This document shows positions 12,997 to 28,481 of a stretch of 64,000 nt of DNA, piece by piece. Source of the stretch: Antechinus flavipes. Lineage: Eukaryota. Where the stretch lies: assembly GCF_016432865.1 (NCBI RefSeq), contig NC_067401.1, forward strand, positions 207,514,001-207,578,000, given 5' to 3'. The position numbers were made by a program, and so were the translations under genes. The notes under the pieces were generated by a model, which was given only the letters and a program-made list of their open reading frames with translations, did no database searches and was not told where the DNA came from. The first letter of the stretch is position 1. Each line of letters opens with the position of its first letter.

Positions 12997-13875
12997 TTTT
13001 TTTCTCTTTTTTAATAATAGCTTTTTTATTTTCAAAATATATGCAAAGATAGTTTTTAACATTCATTCTTGCAAATCCTTGTGTTCCAAATTTTTCTCCC
13101 TTCTCTAGCAGCAAGTAATCCAATATAGGTTAAACATGTGCAATTCTTCTAAACATATTTCCACATTTATCATGCTGTACAAGAAAAATTAGATATAAAG
13201 GAAAAAAATGAGCAAGGGAAAAAAAAAGGAAGCAAACAACATTGTGATCCACATTCATGGTCCTCTTTCTGGATGCAGATGGCTCTCTCTATTACAATTT
13301 TATTGGAATTGGCCTAAATCACCTCAGTGTTAAAAAGAACCAAGTCCATCAGAGTTCATCATCACATAATCTTGTTGTTGTTGTGTACAATGTTGTCTTG
13401 GTTCTCAGTTTTCTGCTTCCCTTCCAATCTTGGCTGCATTGATTTTGTTTGCACAAAAACCTTTTCAATTTAATATAATCAAAATAATCCATTTTGCATT
13501 TCATAATATTCTGCAGTTCTTTTTGGGCTATAAATTCCTTACTTCTCCACAGATCTGAGTGATCTATCCCGTTTATATATAAATCCCCTAATTTATATAT
13601 AGTGTCACCTTTTATGTCTAAATCATGAATCTATTTCAATTATATCTTGGTATAGGGTGTTAGGTGTTGGTTAATTCTAGTTTCTGCCACACTATTTCCC
13701 AATTTTCCCAGCAATTTTTGTCAAATTGGTCTGAACTCAATCCAGAAGCTGAGGTCTTTGGGTTTATCAAACACCAGGTTACTATAGTCATTGACTATTG
13801 TGTCTTGTGAACTTAACCTATCCCACTGATCAACTACCCTGTTTCTTACACAGTACCAAATGGTCTTGATTACTG
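12997..13875 (-). mobile_element. 5'-truncated L1 inserted into a MAR1-type SINE
   Basis: ORF2 remnant VIKTIWYCVRNRVVDQWDRL...NLVFDKPKD; T-tract at 12997; 14-bp TSD tccag(t/c)tcatttta at 12983-12996 and 13876-13889. Confidence 0.85.
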
Positions 13876-14100
13876 TCCAGCTCATTTTATAGAAAAGAAA
13901 CCTGAGACAAACATGATGAAGTTGCCCACCTAAGGTCACACAGCCAACATCTAACATTATCTAAGGCCAGATTTAAATTCAGAAAGACATTCTAATTTCA
14001 AGCCTATATTAATGTGCCAGAAGAACTAAACTCTATCTTCTGCCTGACATTCCTGGGGTGCTCTTCGGCCTTTGTCTCTTTAATTTTCTAGGTTTCTATC

Positions 14101-14505
14101 TGTAGAGGGCTGGAACTTTGGAGAAATATACTTGAAACAGGAATACTTACAACAAGGTGTTAACTCAGTGGAATTGAAGAGATGATGGTTCTCTAGTATA
14201 CATATACTTAGTACTTAGCATGGTGATATAATGGTTCTCTAGTTCACACATACTCAGTATGCTGTAATGATGTAATTACAATACAGTATTTAAGGACTGA
14301 GCCATCCTCCTGATGACTCTCCTGCTCCTGCACTCCTTCACTAAGATCAAGACTGGGTCAGACTGTGACAGACACAGACTGTAAAGGAGACTGACCATGA
14401 AGAAGACAATAAAGACTCTAGACTCTATTCCTGACCATTCTCGTGGTGTCTATCTTGCTGAGATCAAGATCCTTCCAAAGGATCTCCAGAAAGCTAGCCT
14501 GCACA
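14101..14505 (+). mobile_element. Solo ERV LTR
   Basis: TG...CA ends, about 405 bp, internal U3 repeats (atggttctctagt x2), TATTTAA 14287-14293, AATAAA 14408-14413. The TSD is degenerate. Confidence 0.7.
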
Positions 14506-16777
14506 GTATACCATCAAGTCAAAATCTTACTAGTAGAATCCCCTAGCTGATTGATTTCCCATTTCTAAAACTTTCCCTTCTGAGGTACACTCCATCTTCT
14601 CTCTTATGATCTATTTATTTATAAGTTGTTTCTCCCAGATTGGGAGCTGGCTTTTTGAAGACGAGGATCATTTGTTTTTACCTTTTTTTGTAAGCCTAGC
14701 ACTTAGCACAATGCTTGGCACATTAATAAATGTGCATTGCCTTGACTATCTTTGACTGTGCTCTATCACTATGCTAAATTCTGCCCCAGACAGTTCCATC
14801 CTCTTATCTCTGTCTGTTGGGAATTGGAGAACTCACTGTACAGAGACTTCTGTATCACTGTTCCCATGCCCTCTATTATATCTTCCCCAGAGACATGAGT
14901 GTCCTTGGAATTTCTCAAATCATTCTCTAAAATCTATTTCAATCCCCAAACTAGTAACATCTTGAACCACATCAATCCCGTCCTGACAACCAACATTGCC
15001 ACACAGTATATGTGAGTGGCTGAGTCCTGCCAGTGTGGGGAGGTGAGGTTTCATTCTAGAGTTTGTTATGTTTCTCACTCACAGAGCTCTTTCTAAAAGC
15101 TAAGTTATGAAGGCCTTTGGCAATTGCATGGGCTCTTCTCACAACCTTATAGTGTGGAGGAGAAGGGGGATGGGGAATAGTGTCATCTTGTGTGAAATGA
15201 CTTTGCATTCTTTACCTACTGTGGGAAAGGCCTAAAACAGACTAGAGGGATCCCCTCAAATTCCTGGACATTTTGCACACCTTGGGGGAGATATTCTTCC
15301 CTTTCCTTCCCGAGATAACAGGGATGTGAGAAGAACCAGAAAGGGAAAGATATTGACAGCTGCTTCTAAATTAATCTGGAAAGAACACAATTTTCCAAGC
15401 TAATCCCCACTGCCTTTGGGGTGGTGTGTTAGTGGGGCTGAGGAGTGGGGACTGTCTTGGGTTTAGTTTCCAGGCACGGTCCTCTTAAAGGGATAAGTGG
15501 AGAGGGTCAGAGAGGGGGCAACAAGCTTTCAGGGTATCTCTCCCCTCCTTCTATGGGAGCCTCAGTAATGAGAGAGGTCGCAGGAAGAAAAAGAAGGGTT
15601 TAGTGTGGGTGGATGGGTGGTGGTAGATCAGAGGATGGGCATGGATGAATTAGCTCTAATCCTCATCTGGTAGAAATGGTGAGCTGCAGAAGGAACAACG
15701 GATAGGGTTATGATGGTGAGGTAATTGAAAAGGGGAATCGAAGTAAGAAAGGGTGATTTGGGGGGAGGGGAACAAGCATGCATTAGGTGCCTGCAATGTG
15801 GCGGAGCACAGGGCAGAGCACTTTAGAGGAGGTTGGGGGGAAGGTGAGACGGGATTGATAGAAAATGAGGCCGAATGTAGATGCGGTCTGAAGGATGCAG
15901 AGGATACAGAAGATGCAGGGCTGGGCGCTGGCGTGGGGGATGGGCCCAAGGCCTGCAGGGAGCCCGGCCAGTCCAGGTCCGCATTGGCGCCTCAGCTCGC
16001 GCTTCCCAGGCCCAGACCCAGTTCAGGGAAGAAGCGGGGGTGGGGGCGCCGTGGCGTCGGTGCGTGGTGGGGTAGATTGGGGAGAGGGGGGAGGAGAGAC
16101 ACGGGGGAGGGACCGAACTCGCGGGAGGGGAAGGGGCGGGGAGAACACTAGACTGGCGTGGAAACTGCTGGAAATGCCGCAGCACCGTAGAGCCACGGCT
16201 TCCGCCGCCGAGCTTCTCAGCAAAGAGTCCCAGGCAGCCCGCCCTTCCCCCTGCCCCTTCTTCCCGTGCTGCTGGGGGTGGATGGAATTAGCCTGGGCTT
16301 TAATTCTTTCTCATATATTTTAGGGGGGGGACGTTTTTGCGGGATAGGTTGTAAATTAATTCTAGTCTCTATCCTCCAAAGATGTACCTCCGCCATAATC
16401 CCCCTTCCCCTCCACGTGTGCCCCCTCCCAGTTTCTCTAACCCCCGTTTAGAAAAAAGTCCCTGGATTGTTCTCGGGTGCGACCCCTTCTTCTTTCACTG
16501 GCAGATCCCACGTGGGCTGAAGGAGGCCAAGGCTATCTCATGGTTTAGCCCTTACCTCTAGAGAGATTGGGGATGTGTGTGACGCTATTTTAAGGAGGAT
16601 GCCTTCTCCAAAGGCAGATGACGCCAAGGGTCTCGCGACCCTTAGACCAGGTCCTCGCTTCCGACTCTCCCTGAGAACCTAGTTTCGTCTCCTCCTGTCC
16701 CTCGTCCCAAGCCTCCTAGAAGAGGACGGGGAAGGGTCCCGAGCCGCGTCGGACCTGCCCCGTTGACTCTTTTCGGG

Positions 16778-16785
16778 TTACGTCA
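16778..16785. promoter_or_regulatory. CRE/ATF-like site upstream of HSP90AB1
   Basis: TTACGTCA in the CpG-rich upstream promoter; motif match only. Confidence 0.4.
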
Positions 16786-17253
16786 TTCAGCCAAAGAACT
16801 TTTTTTTAATCCTAGCTAAGGGTCAGGATCCCTTGAGCTCTGGGTACCTGAGAAGCCAAAGCTGCTCAGATCCTGCCATTTGGAAGCTGTCAGGCTGTAA
16901 TGGGTTGGGGCGAAAGGGGGCAGGAAAGGGATTGAGAAGAAAGGAGTAAGCCACCAATGTCCAATCTACATACATAATGGGTGACTCTGGGTGACTCGTT
17001 TCCCTGGACTGTGCCTCCGTTTCCTCATGTGTAAAATAACTAGATAAATCTCTAAAGAAGGGTCCTTCCAATTCCAGGAATCTCGTTTCTAGAATCTGGG
17101 TATGTGTACATGTGCTTGATGGGAGGGGGAGGGAAGGAGACTGGAGGAGAAAGTCGCGGGGAGAGCTCAGATACTGCAGGTGCGCAGGCTGTGAGGCGGC
17201 CCCTTTAAGGCGGAAGGATTCGCCTGGGAAGCTCCGACGCTATCGGTGCGCTG

Positions 17254-17381
17254 CCAATATATAGAGCGGGTGGGGGCGGCCGGCAGCTTCTCTTGTGCCA
17301 AGCTCCTCTCGGTGCTCGGTCTTTGGAGCCGCTGAACTCAGCACTTCCCTGAACCGGCCTTCTTAGCCGCAGCTACTCAAG
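17254..17381 (+). promoter_or_regulatory. HSP90AB1: HSP90AB1 core promoter and non-coding exon 1
   Basis: CCAAT/TATATA at 17254-17263; GC-rich boxes; pyrimidine start CTTCTCTT at 17287-17294, about 30 nt downstream of the TATA; donor CTCAAG|GTGACG at 17381/17382; lies in a CpG island of roughly 16.6-18.4 kb. Confidence 0.85.
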
Positions 17382-17984
17382 GTGACGTATTCCCCACCCG
17401 CTAAAACCGTTTAATACCTTTTTTTCTTCATTTCCTACTAATTCGCATTTATCACAACCGAAAAGATCCCTTAAGGCTTCCCCCCCCCCATCTCCACCCT
17501 CCCCCCCCCCATACCCGCAGACCGTTCAGACCTTAGCTGTTTTCGGCAATGCGCTTTCTTCCTCCCCGTCCCCCTTTCTTCCTTTCACGTCGGGGGAAAG
17601 TTCGAGGAGGGAACGACAGGTGCGCGGGGGCCCGTTGGTCGCGAACCTCGTTCCCAGTGGGAACGGGTTAGCACGTGGTGGCCGCGCCGGTCCCCGCGGG
17701 ACGCTGCCATGTTGAGCTCGCGCCGCCACTTCCGGCGGCTACGGAGAGCGAGAGGGGCCTTGGGCGCACCTGTGGGGGGGAAGGGGGGCATTGCGGGGGT
17801 GACTCAGCACCGGGTTGGGGGGCGGATTCCTCGGCTATTCTGGTCCTTGTTTTACGGTTGTATCATTACGGGTATCTTGGCCATTTAAGTATCTTTCCCT
17901 GTTTATTTTTTTCTCGGCCATGATTGCCACATTTTTCAGTTCGCTGTGGGGGGGAAGAGGCGTAGTTAAAAAAGGGAGGAGCAG

Positions 17985-18057
17985 GTTCTAGAACATTCCC
18001 GGGCTCCCTCCCCCTCCCCTTGCATCGGGCCCAGATTGTTCTGGAAGCTTCTGGAGC
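17985..18057. promoter_or_regulatory. Two heat-shock elements in HSP90AB1 intron 1
   Basis: gTTCt-aGAAc-aTTCc at 17985-17999 and gTTCt-gGAAg-cTTCt-gGAGc at 18038-18057: three perfect inverted nGAAn units each. Intron-1 HSEs are the established inducible elements of mammalian hsp90-beta. Confidence 0.85.
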
Positions 18058-19011
18058 CTTGCGCCCCGCCCAGGTGCCCGGATGCAGGGATGGCGCCCAT
18101 GCCCCCAAGCGGGGGTGGTGGAAACATCGTACCCCCCTAGATGGGGGTGTCTCCCCGGAGACTTGGATAATTAGCCCATTCCGGACCGCCGCCTTTGCCG
18201 CGGTGCCTCATTTCATTCAGAGGAATTGGAGACAGAAATGCTGGGGCTCTTTGTCCGCATCCTTTGTCATCCCTTGTGCCAGATCTGGCCGTTATCCTGA
18301 TTCTCCCCCCCCCCCTTCCCCCCGCGGGGGCGGGAGCTGCTGCCCTTACATTTGGTTACCTTGTGTTGAGTGGCATGAGGGAGGGAGTCAGGCAGGCCCC
18401 ACCCCAAGAGCCTTCTGGGGAAGCTGCACTAGTCTAGCAAGTCTGAGCTTTCCAGATGAGCTGGGCCTTAGGGATGCTAATGCATGTTTTAATGTTACTT
18501 CTTATTCTTCATCTCACCTAGCTGTGCTAAAGCTCCTCCCATTTTGTTAGTGTGTATTGAGTGTTGTATACTTAGTGGGGGAGAGGAAGGCATTTTAATT
18601 ATCAGCATGTCTTTTTAAACTGAGTTGATAGGCTTAAATTGGATTTCTCTTTATTTTATTTCTAGTTCTAAGGAATTTCAGCCTAGGTTTTTTTCCCAAA
18701 ATATCAGTAAAGGCTCTAGGCTATTATAAAACAATAAAATCTTTAAAGTTAATTTCTTCTCCCCATGCCAAAATTACTGGGGTTTTTGATGGCCTTTGGA
18801 AAGTATAAAATATTATTTCCAATATCTTAGTTTATTATAGAGTATTTGCCTTTCAGGATTCTTAGGGTTATTTCAAAACAACCAAATTTAGTGTTTTTTG
18901 TTTTTTTTTAATTGATTATTAGGTAACTGAATCTGGCATATGGATAGGAATCATTGGTTTTTCTCAGATAAAGGAGGCTAGATTTTTTTATGTATCCCTT
19001 TGTTTTTGAAG

Positions 19012-23019
<4,008 letters not shown>

Positions 23020-23255
23020 ACAAACCTCTGCATCAGACCCCACCCTCTGTATAGTTCCCTGTGTTTTCCCACAGCAGCAGTCACAGGCCCTGTCCTGCCT
23101 GGCTCCATCTGCCAATGTCTATCTAGTGTTTTTTTTTTTTCCTTCTGTTTTCCAGTGTATTAGGGCAGGGCTTACAGGGTCCCTGTTCCCCCTCTCCTGA
23201 TATGGGGAGTAGGATGTTGTGTATTGTGGGCTGTTAATGTTTATTTTGTTCTGAA

Positions 23256-23275
23256 ATTAAAGTATGCAGAATAAA
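23256..23275 (+). terminator. HSP90AB1 polyadenylation signals
   Basis: ATTAAA 23256-23261 and AATAAA 23270-23275, about 250 nt after the stop, followed by a T-rich tract. Confidence 0.8.
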
Positions 23276-23380
23276 GAGAATGCAGTTTTTACACGGAACT
23301 GTTGCAGCCTTGATTTACTGGACAAAAGGTTCAACATTAGGTTAAGAAAGGGAAGACCCCACTATTACTTGAAACCTGAG

Positions 23381-23386
23381 TTTATT
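23381..23386 (-). terminator. SLC35B2 polyadenylation signal (candidate)
   Basis: TTTATT on + (AATAAA on -), about 700 nt after the SLC35B2 stop. Confidence 0.65.
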
Positions 23387-24083
23387 TCTCCTGGGAAGAG
23401 TTAATATATTTACCCACAATCACCAAAATTCAAGTTTCATTGCAGTGCAGGTCTGCTTGGCAGTGAGGTTTTAACTGGTAGACTGGTCCACACTCTTACC
23501 CATTCTGTTCCCACCCAGTCCCCAATGCATACACAGGGTCCATCCCCCTTGCAGCATTTTTTAATTGAGTAAAAGTTACATTTTGAAGTACCAAAAAAAT
23601 TGGGTTTAGCCCAATAAGGAATAGGCAATAAACTGGTTTGGTGAGGCCATCTTCAGCAGTCGTCTTCCCTCCCCCCTCTCCCTTTCCTCCTTGGGGACTA
23701 GCAGTAACCCTTGTGCTTTTCTCACCAGAAAAGAAATATGTACCTTTCAAGGGTCAGGAGAGAACATTACGAGCCAGAGCTAGGTGCTGGCCTGGCACGA
23801 AGGAGGGGTGATATAGTGGAGGGAACAGTAGAAACCGGTCAGCAAGGTTACAATAGCAGTTTAACAAACTGAATACTGAAGGGGAGGGCTGGGTTCATAA
23901 GAAAACCAGTACCTTGAAATCAGGATTCATGATTCTTAAGGCAGAGGTGGAGGTTGCCCCCAGGCCCCAACTTTTGCAGGAGCTGGTGTGTGACTTTAGA
24001 ATAAACACTGTTCTCCAGCCATAAAAGGAAGAAAATCCAAAAATAAAGGGGTCACTTCTTCCTCAACACCATTTTTTCCTGTC

Positions 24084-27000
24084 TCAGACCTTTTGTATTG
24101 GAGCCTCACTGGGAGGCACCTTTCCCCGCTGCTTCAGGCGCCTTTTGGCATACATTCTTAGGAAGAGGGCAGCAAAAACGACTGCCATGCCCAAACCTCC
24201 TACCACAGTGACTGTGTGGCCATAAATGAGACAGGAGAGAAAAATAGCAAAGGCTTGCCGCAGGGTCATGATAATGGTGAAGGTGGCAGCACCAAACTGC
24301 CCAATGGTATAGAAAATGAAGAGCTGGCCAAAGGCCGAGCAGATGGACAGCAACAGGGCATGGGCAGCAAACTCTCCGTGTCGCCCCATGAACCTCATGG
24401 CCTCCACCAGAGCCCCTTGTTGTATCAAGGAGCCCACTGTGAGGAGACAGGAGAAGAGATTGACCCCAAACATCATTTGCACCGAGGACATCTTGTAAGC
24501 AAATAGGGCATCTTGCCAGTTGGAGGTAAAGCTGTCAAAAAGGATGTAACCAGCAAGCAGGATGAAGCCAGAGAGGGTGGTGGCTGGGGAAAAATAGTGC
24601 TCAGGCCCATTGGACAGCAGGAACATGCTTACCCCAATAGAAATGAGGCCAGCAGTCAGGTATTCCCAGTGCTCATAACTGCGATGGGATATTAATTTGC
24701 CCATTAGCATTACAGGGATCACTTTGGAGGCCTTTGCCAGCACCTGTGTAGGGAAGCTGACAAACTTGAGGGCCTCATACTGGCACCAGCTGCTAAGGAT
24801 GTTGGAGAGGCTGGCAAAGGAGTATCGGTACATAGGGGCCCCGTGCCGGGGCTGTTTGCAGAGCACACAACACAGGCCAGCCACTGTCAGTGCTAGCACT
24901 CTGTTCATCAACACCAGGAACTGGGAGTCAGTGAAACGCTCTCCAGGCATTTTATCTGTTGCCCCATAGTTTCGTGTCATTACTCGCTCCTGTAGTACAC
25001 CCCAAGTCAGGTATGATATCTGGGAGAAATCGAAGAGAAAAGTTAGGAACCCATTGAGAACGTACTTGGAAGAAGAGGTCGAAAGTGGGGAGGAGAAATA
25101 TACAGACTGAGGAAGAGAAAAAAGCTGGGAAGGTAGAGAAGAGGTAAAATTAATTTAGGAGACAAAACAATGGCAATCCTCCCTTTCCAGAGAAAAGTCA
25201 AAAACACATTACAACACACAATTATCTTTTGCTTTAGAGTCCACTCTCAGTTACAGAACCATTCCCACTCTACCTACATGTTTGAGCCAGAAACTAATTG
25301 AAATGTAAAAACATATCTGGGAGCATTTTCTTTGGTTGTGTTTCCAGATAGTCTTAAGTGACAGCCTCACCACTGCTACCCCGAGGGACTGAGAAACTGG
25401 AAAAGCACAAGCTCCATCTGCAGGATTTATTCTGAAAATGTTCTAATCACTGCTTGGTTACTGTGATTTTGCCCTCGTTATCTTCAATTTTGTACAAATC
25501 ATCTAATGCTTGCATTTTATTTTTGATTCTTCAAAAGCTTGCCTAGTTTGTCTTGATCAAGTGAAATCACAATGCTTTTAAGTTAAACAGTCAACGTGGG
25601 GGACCTGTAGAAAGGAAGAATGTACTGATGTGTACACACACATGCACGCAGCACACATCTTTGTATCCCCAAGTCAAAAAGGTATCAATCACTACAGCTT
25701 TGTATCCCCAAGTCAAAAAGGTATTAATCAGTACAGCTAAGTGACCTAACTTTCCACCTGTTTTCTAAACACTGTCCTAAGGTCATAAAATAAAGCATCT
25801 AAACATCCAACAAATCTCTCTATCAGATCTTCCATGGCTAGTATCATATTTGGGAAAATAGATCTTAAAGAGAAGGGGAAGTTGTCCACACAAGCCAAAA
25901 ACATCCACCACCTTCTTTCTCCTTGAGTCTTCTGTCTTAATGATACTCTGCTCTCTTGGTTTTCCCTCTTCCCTGTCTCACTGCTCTTTCCTAACCTCCT
26001 TTGCTGGATCTGGTCTAAGTTATGTTCACTAATGGTAGGTGTCCTCTTCTCCATTATATTATCTCACTTTGTGATCTCATTGGCTTCTTCTTCACTACTC
26101 TCCTGCAGGCCCCTGTCACTCACAACCTCTACTCCATTTTCTACTCAGATGCCAGAATGTTCTTGTCACACCCTTATTCAATAAACTTTAGTGGATTCCT
26201 GTGTCCTCTAGGATCAGATGTCAAATACTTTAGCATTTGAAGCTCTTTATAACCTGTCCAGCCAGCTTTCACCTCAGCCACCCACGTGATCCAGTGATAC
26301 TGGCCTTTTTGCTGTTGTTGAATAAAGACACGTTCCCCCCTCCCAACACAGGGCGGGTTTCCCAGGCTGTCACTCATGTCTGGAGCATTCTCTCTGCTCC
26401 TTTCTTCCTGTCTTTTTCCAAGTCCTAGTCAAAATTCTGACATCTTCTACCCTGAAACCCTTCCTGATCCCACTTAATTCTAGCACTTTCCCTCTGTTGA
26501 TGGTCTCTCAATTTGTTCTAAATATGTTTGTACATAACTGTTTAATGTTGTGTCTGTTAGACTGTGAACTCCTTGAGGGTCGGGAACTCTCTCTCATCTT
26601 ACAATGCCAATACAATGTCTGGCACATTGTAGGCATTTTAACAAGCTGCAGAAACGCTTACTCTTTAGCCCAAAGTTACAGTTTTAAGCACAGATTACTA
26701 GGGAGAAGGAGGTATATAAACCACATCCCCTCACCAGTAAGAAATGGCACATTAAATCTGCTACTGATAAGCACTGTGGTGGTATGGAATGATCTGGGAA
26801 CAGAACCCTGGGTTCCAATCCAAGTTCTGCCACAGTGTGTGATGAAATCTCTTCATCTCTCTGGACCTCAGGTTCTTCATCTGTCAAATTGAAGGCACTG
26901 TACTAGATGACATCTAAGGTCCTTCCCAACTCTAAAGTGTCTAAAGTGACTGAGAATCAGTCAGCCAGCTCTCCTCACTCTTCCCTCTCACTGTCATTGC

Positions 27001-28481
27001 CCTTAGGAGAACTCCCTATCCAAGAGGGGCTATAATATTATTACAGAGGACAGATAGCAAAGAGGAGTGCTGACCTAGGAGGCAAGAAGACCTCAACTCA
27101 AATGCTATCTCAGACAGCCTCAGTTTCTTCAACTTTAAGATGGGGAAAATAATAGTACCTACTTTGCAGGGTTGTAGTTGAGGATAAAAGGAGAGGAAGC
27201 ATGAGCACCCCTTCCTCTCTAATCATTTAATGTAATGCCTACCATATAGTGCCGATACAGAAATCAGTTATTCCTTCCCAATCTGACTTGTTATTCTATA
27301 CCCCAATTCCATATTGCAAAATATTGTTGGAAAATAGAGCACAATCTAGGGGCTTTATAGCTCATGTTAATGGCACAAACAGCTCACTAATGGCGAACAA
27401 GTCAATCAAAGAAAGCCAAGCCATCAGCACTTTCACCAAGCACCCCCTTCATGCAAAATTGACCTACCTGAAGCCCCCCACCACAGAAAAGCAGCTTGAG
27501 GACCCGCCGAGTCCTGGTGGTTTCTGTCTGCTCTGGGCGGGTAACTGCTGGGGGCTCATCGGAAGGCTTCAGCTCATTGCCAAAAACACAGTCTCGGATA
27601 ACAGGGAAGCAGAGGCCCCGGCCTGGGGAATGGTTGGGTGGGGTCAGGCTGGTTGCCTCAGTCTCCCACCTTCCCCCTCACGATCTCAGTGGACCCACGA
27701 ACCCCTCCTCTCAATCCTCTGTCCCACCCCTCAAGCACACCTGTCTCCAGATAGTTCCTTCGCTTTAAGTACTGCACCAGAAAGTAGCCAGGCACCATAA
27801 GGCTAGCATAGCCAACAGTGTTCACCAGGAATCGGACGAACCAGAACTCTGTCCAGTGCTCGGGGGCTGCCTCCGGGGCCTCCCCTGCCATTCCCAGAGT
27901 GGGGAAGGCGGCCAGCACCAGCACTGCCCACCACCTGCATGGGAAAAGAGGAAGATTTGTATGTATGCATCCATCTGGGGAATACTTTCCTCTGACCCCC
28001 GAACCCCCACACTTTGCTCCGACCCTATGGGTGAAAGGGGGCTCCCCATCCTTCACTCTCATTAAGTTCTCCCATTCAGCAGGACGAAGGGGAATGGGAA
28101 GCCCACCAAAGAACGTTCTTTCCCCGCAGCCTGAACAAAGATGCTCTCTTTGGGGTGGGGAAGAGCCAGCCAGTAGGGCGCCCCTCCTTTCCCTCCCTCC
28201 TTCCAAGGGACGGGCCCGCCCCTCGGGCTACACAAGCCCCTTCTGTTCCCTGCTCCGGCTCACCGAGCATCTGTCCACGCCGCGGCCAGGCAGCGACCTT
28301 TCCGCCACCCATCACCATCCTGGTTCCTCCTGTCCTCCCTCTCTCCTTCCTCCTCTTCGCCCCCCGCCCCCCAGCCCCGGCAGCTTCCTCCTCGCCCGCT
28401 CCGTTCCGAGGGTGGTCACGTGGAGTTTGAGGGGGTGGGTCACGTGGGGGGACCGGCCGCTCGTGCTCACCTGCGTTCCAT
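24084..28481 (-). CDS. SLC35B2: PAPS transporter 1 (PAPST1), 431 aa, 4 exons
   Basis: Exons 28481-28471 (ATG GAA CGC AG), 27934-27741, 27622-27468, 25019-24084; 11+194+155+936=1296 nt, GT-AG introns. Translation includes [74 protein letters not shown], and ends IQKV*. Confidence 0.98.
25659..25736. repeat. 39-bp tandem duplication (2 copies, 2 mismatches)
   Basis: ctttgtatccccaagtcaaaaaggtat(c/t)aatca(c/g)tacag x2. Confidence 0.9.
25860..26650 (+). mobile_element. L2 LINE 3' fragment in SLC35B2 intron 3
   Basis: L2-like body and 3' end (gactgtgaactccttgaggg...caatgtctggcacattgtagg). Boundaries approximate. Confidence 0.55.

Larger units (their letters stand above)
11950..14745 (+). mobile_element. 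Fragmented L2 LINE, interrupted by a SINE, an L1 and an LTR
   Basis: L2-like body at about 11950-12890 and L2 3' end (tagcacttagcacaatgcttggcacattaataaatg) at about 14550-14745. Confidence 0.55.

Noticed and set aside
24216-24969. ORFs antisense to or in alternative frames of SLC35B2, TMEM151B (51811-52962) and TCTE1 (60189-60779) exons
   Set aside because: Shadow ORFs explained by high GC3 codon usage in the real genes.
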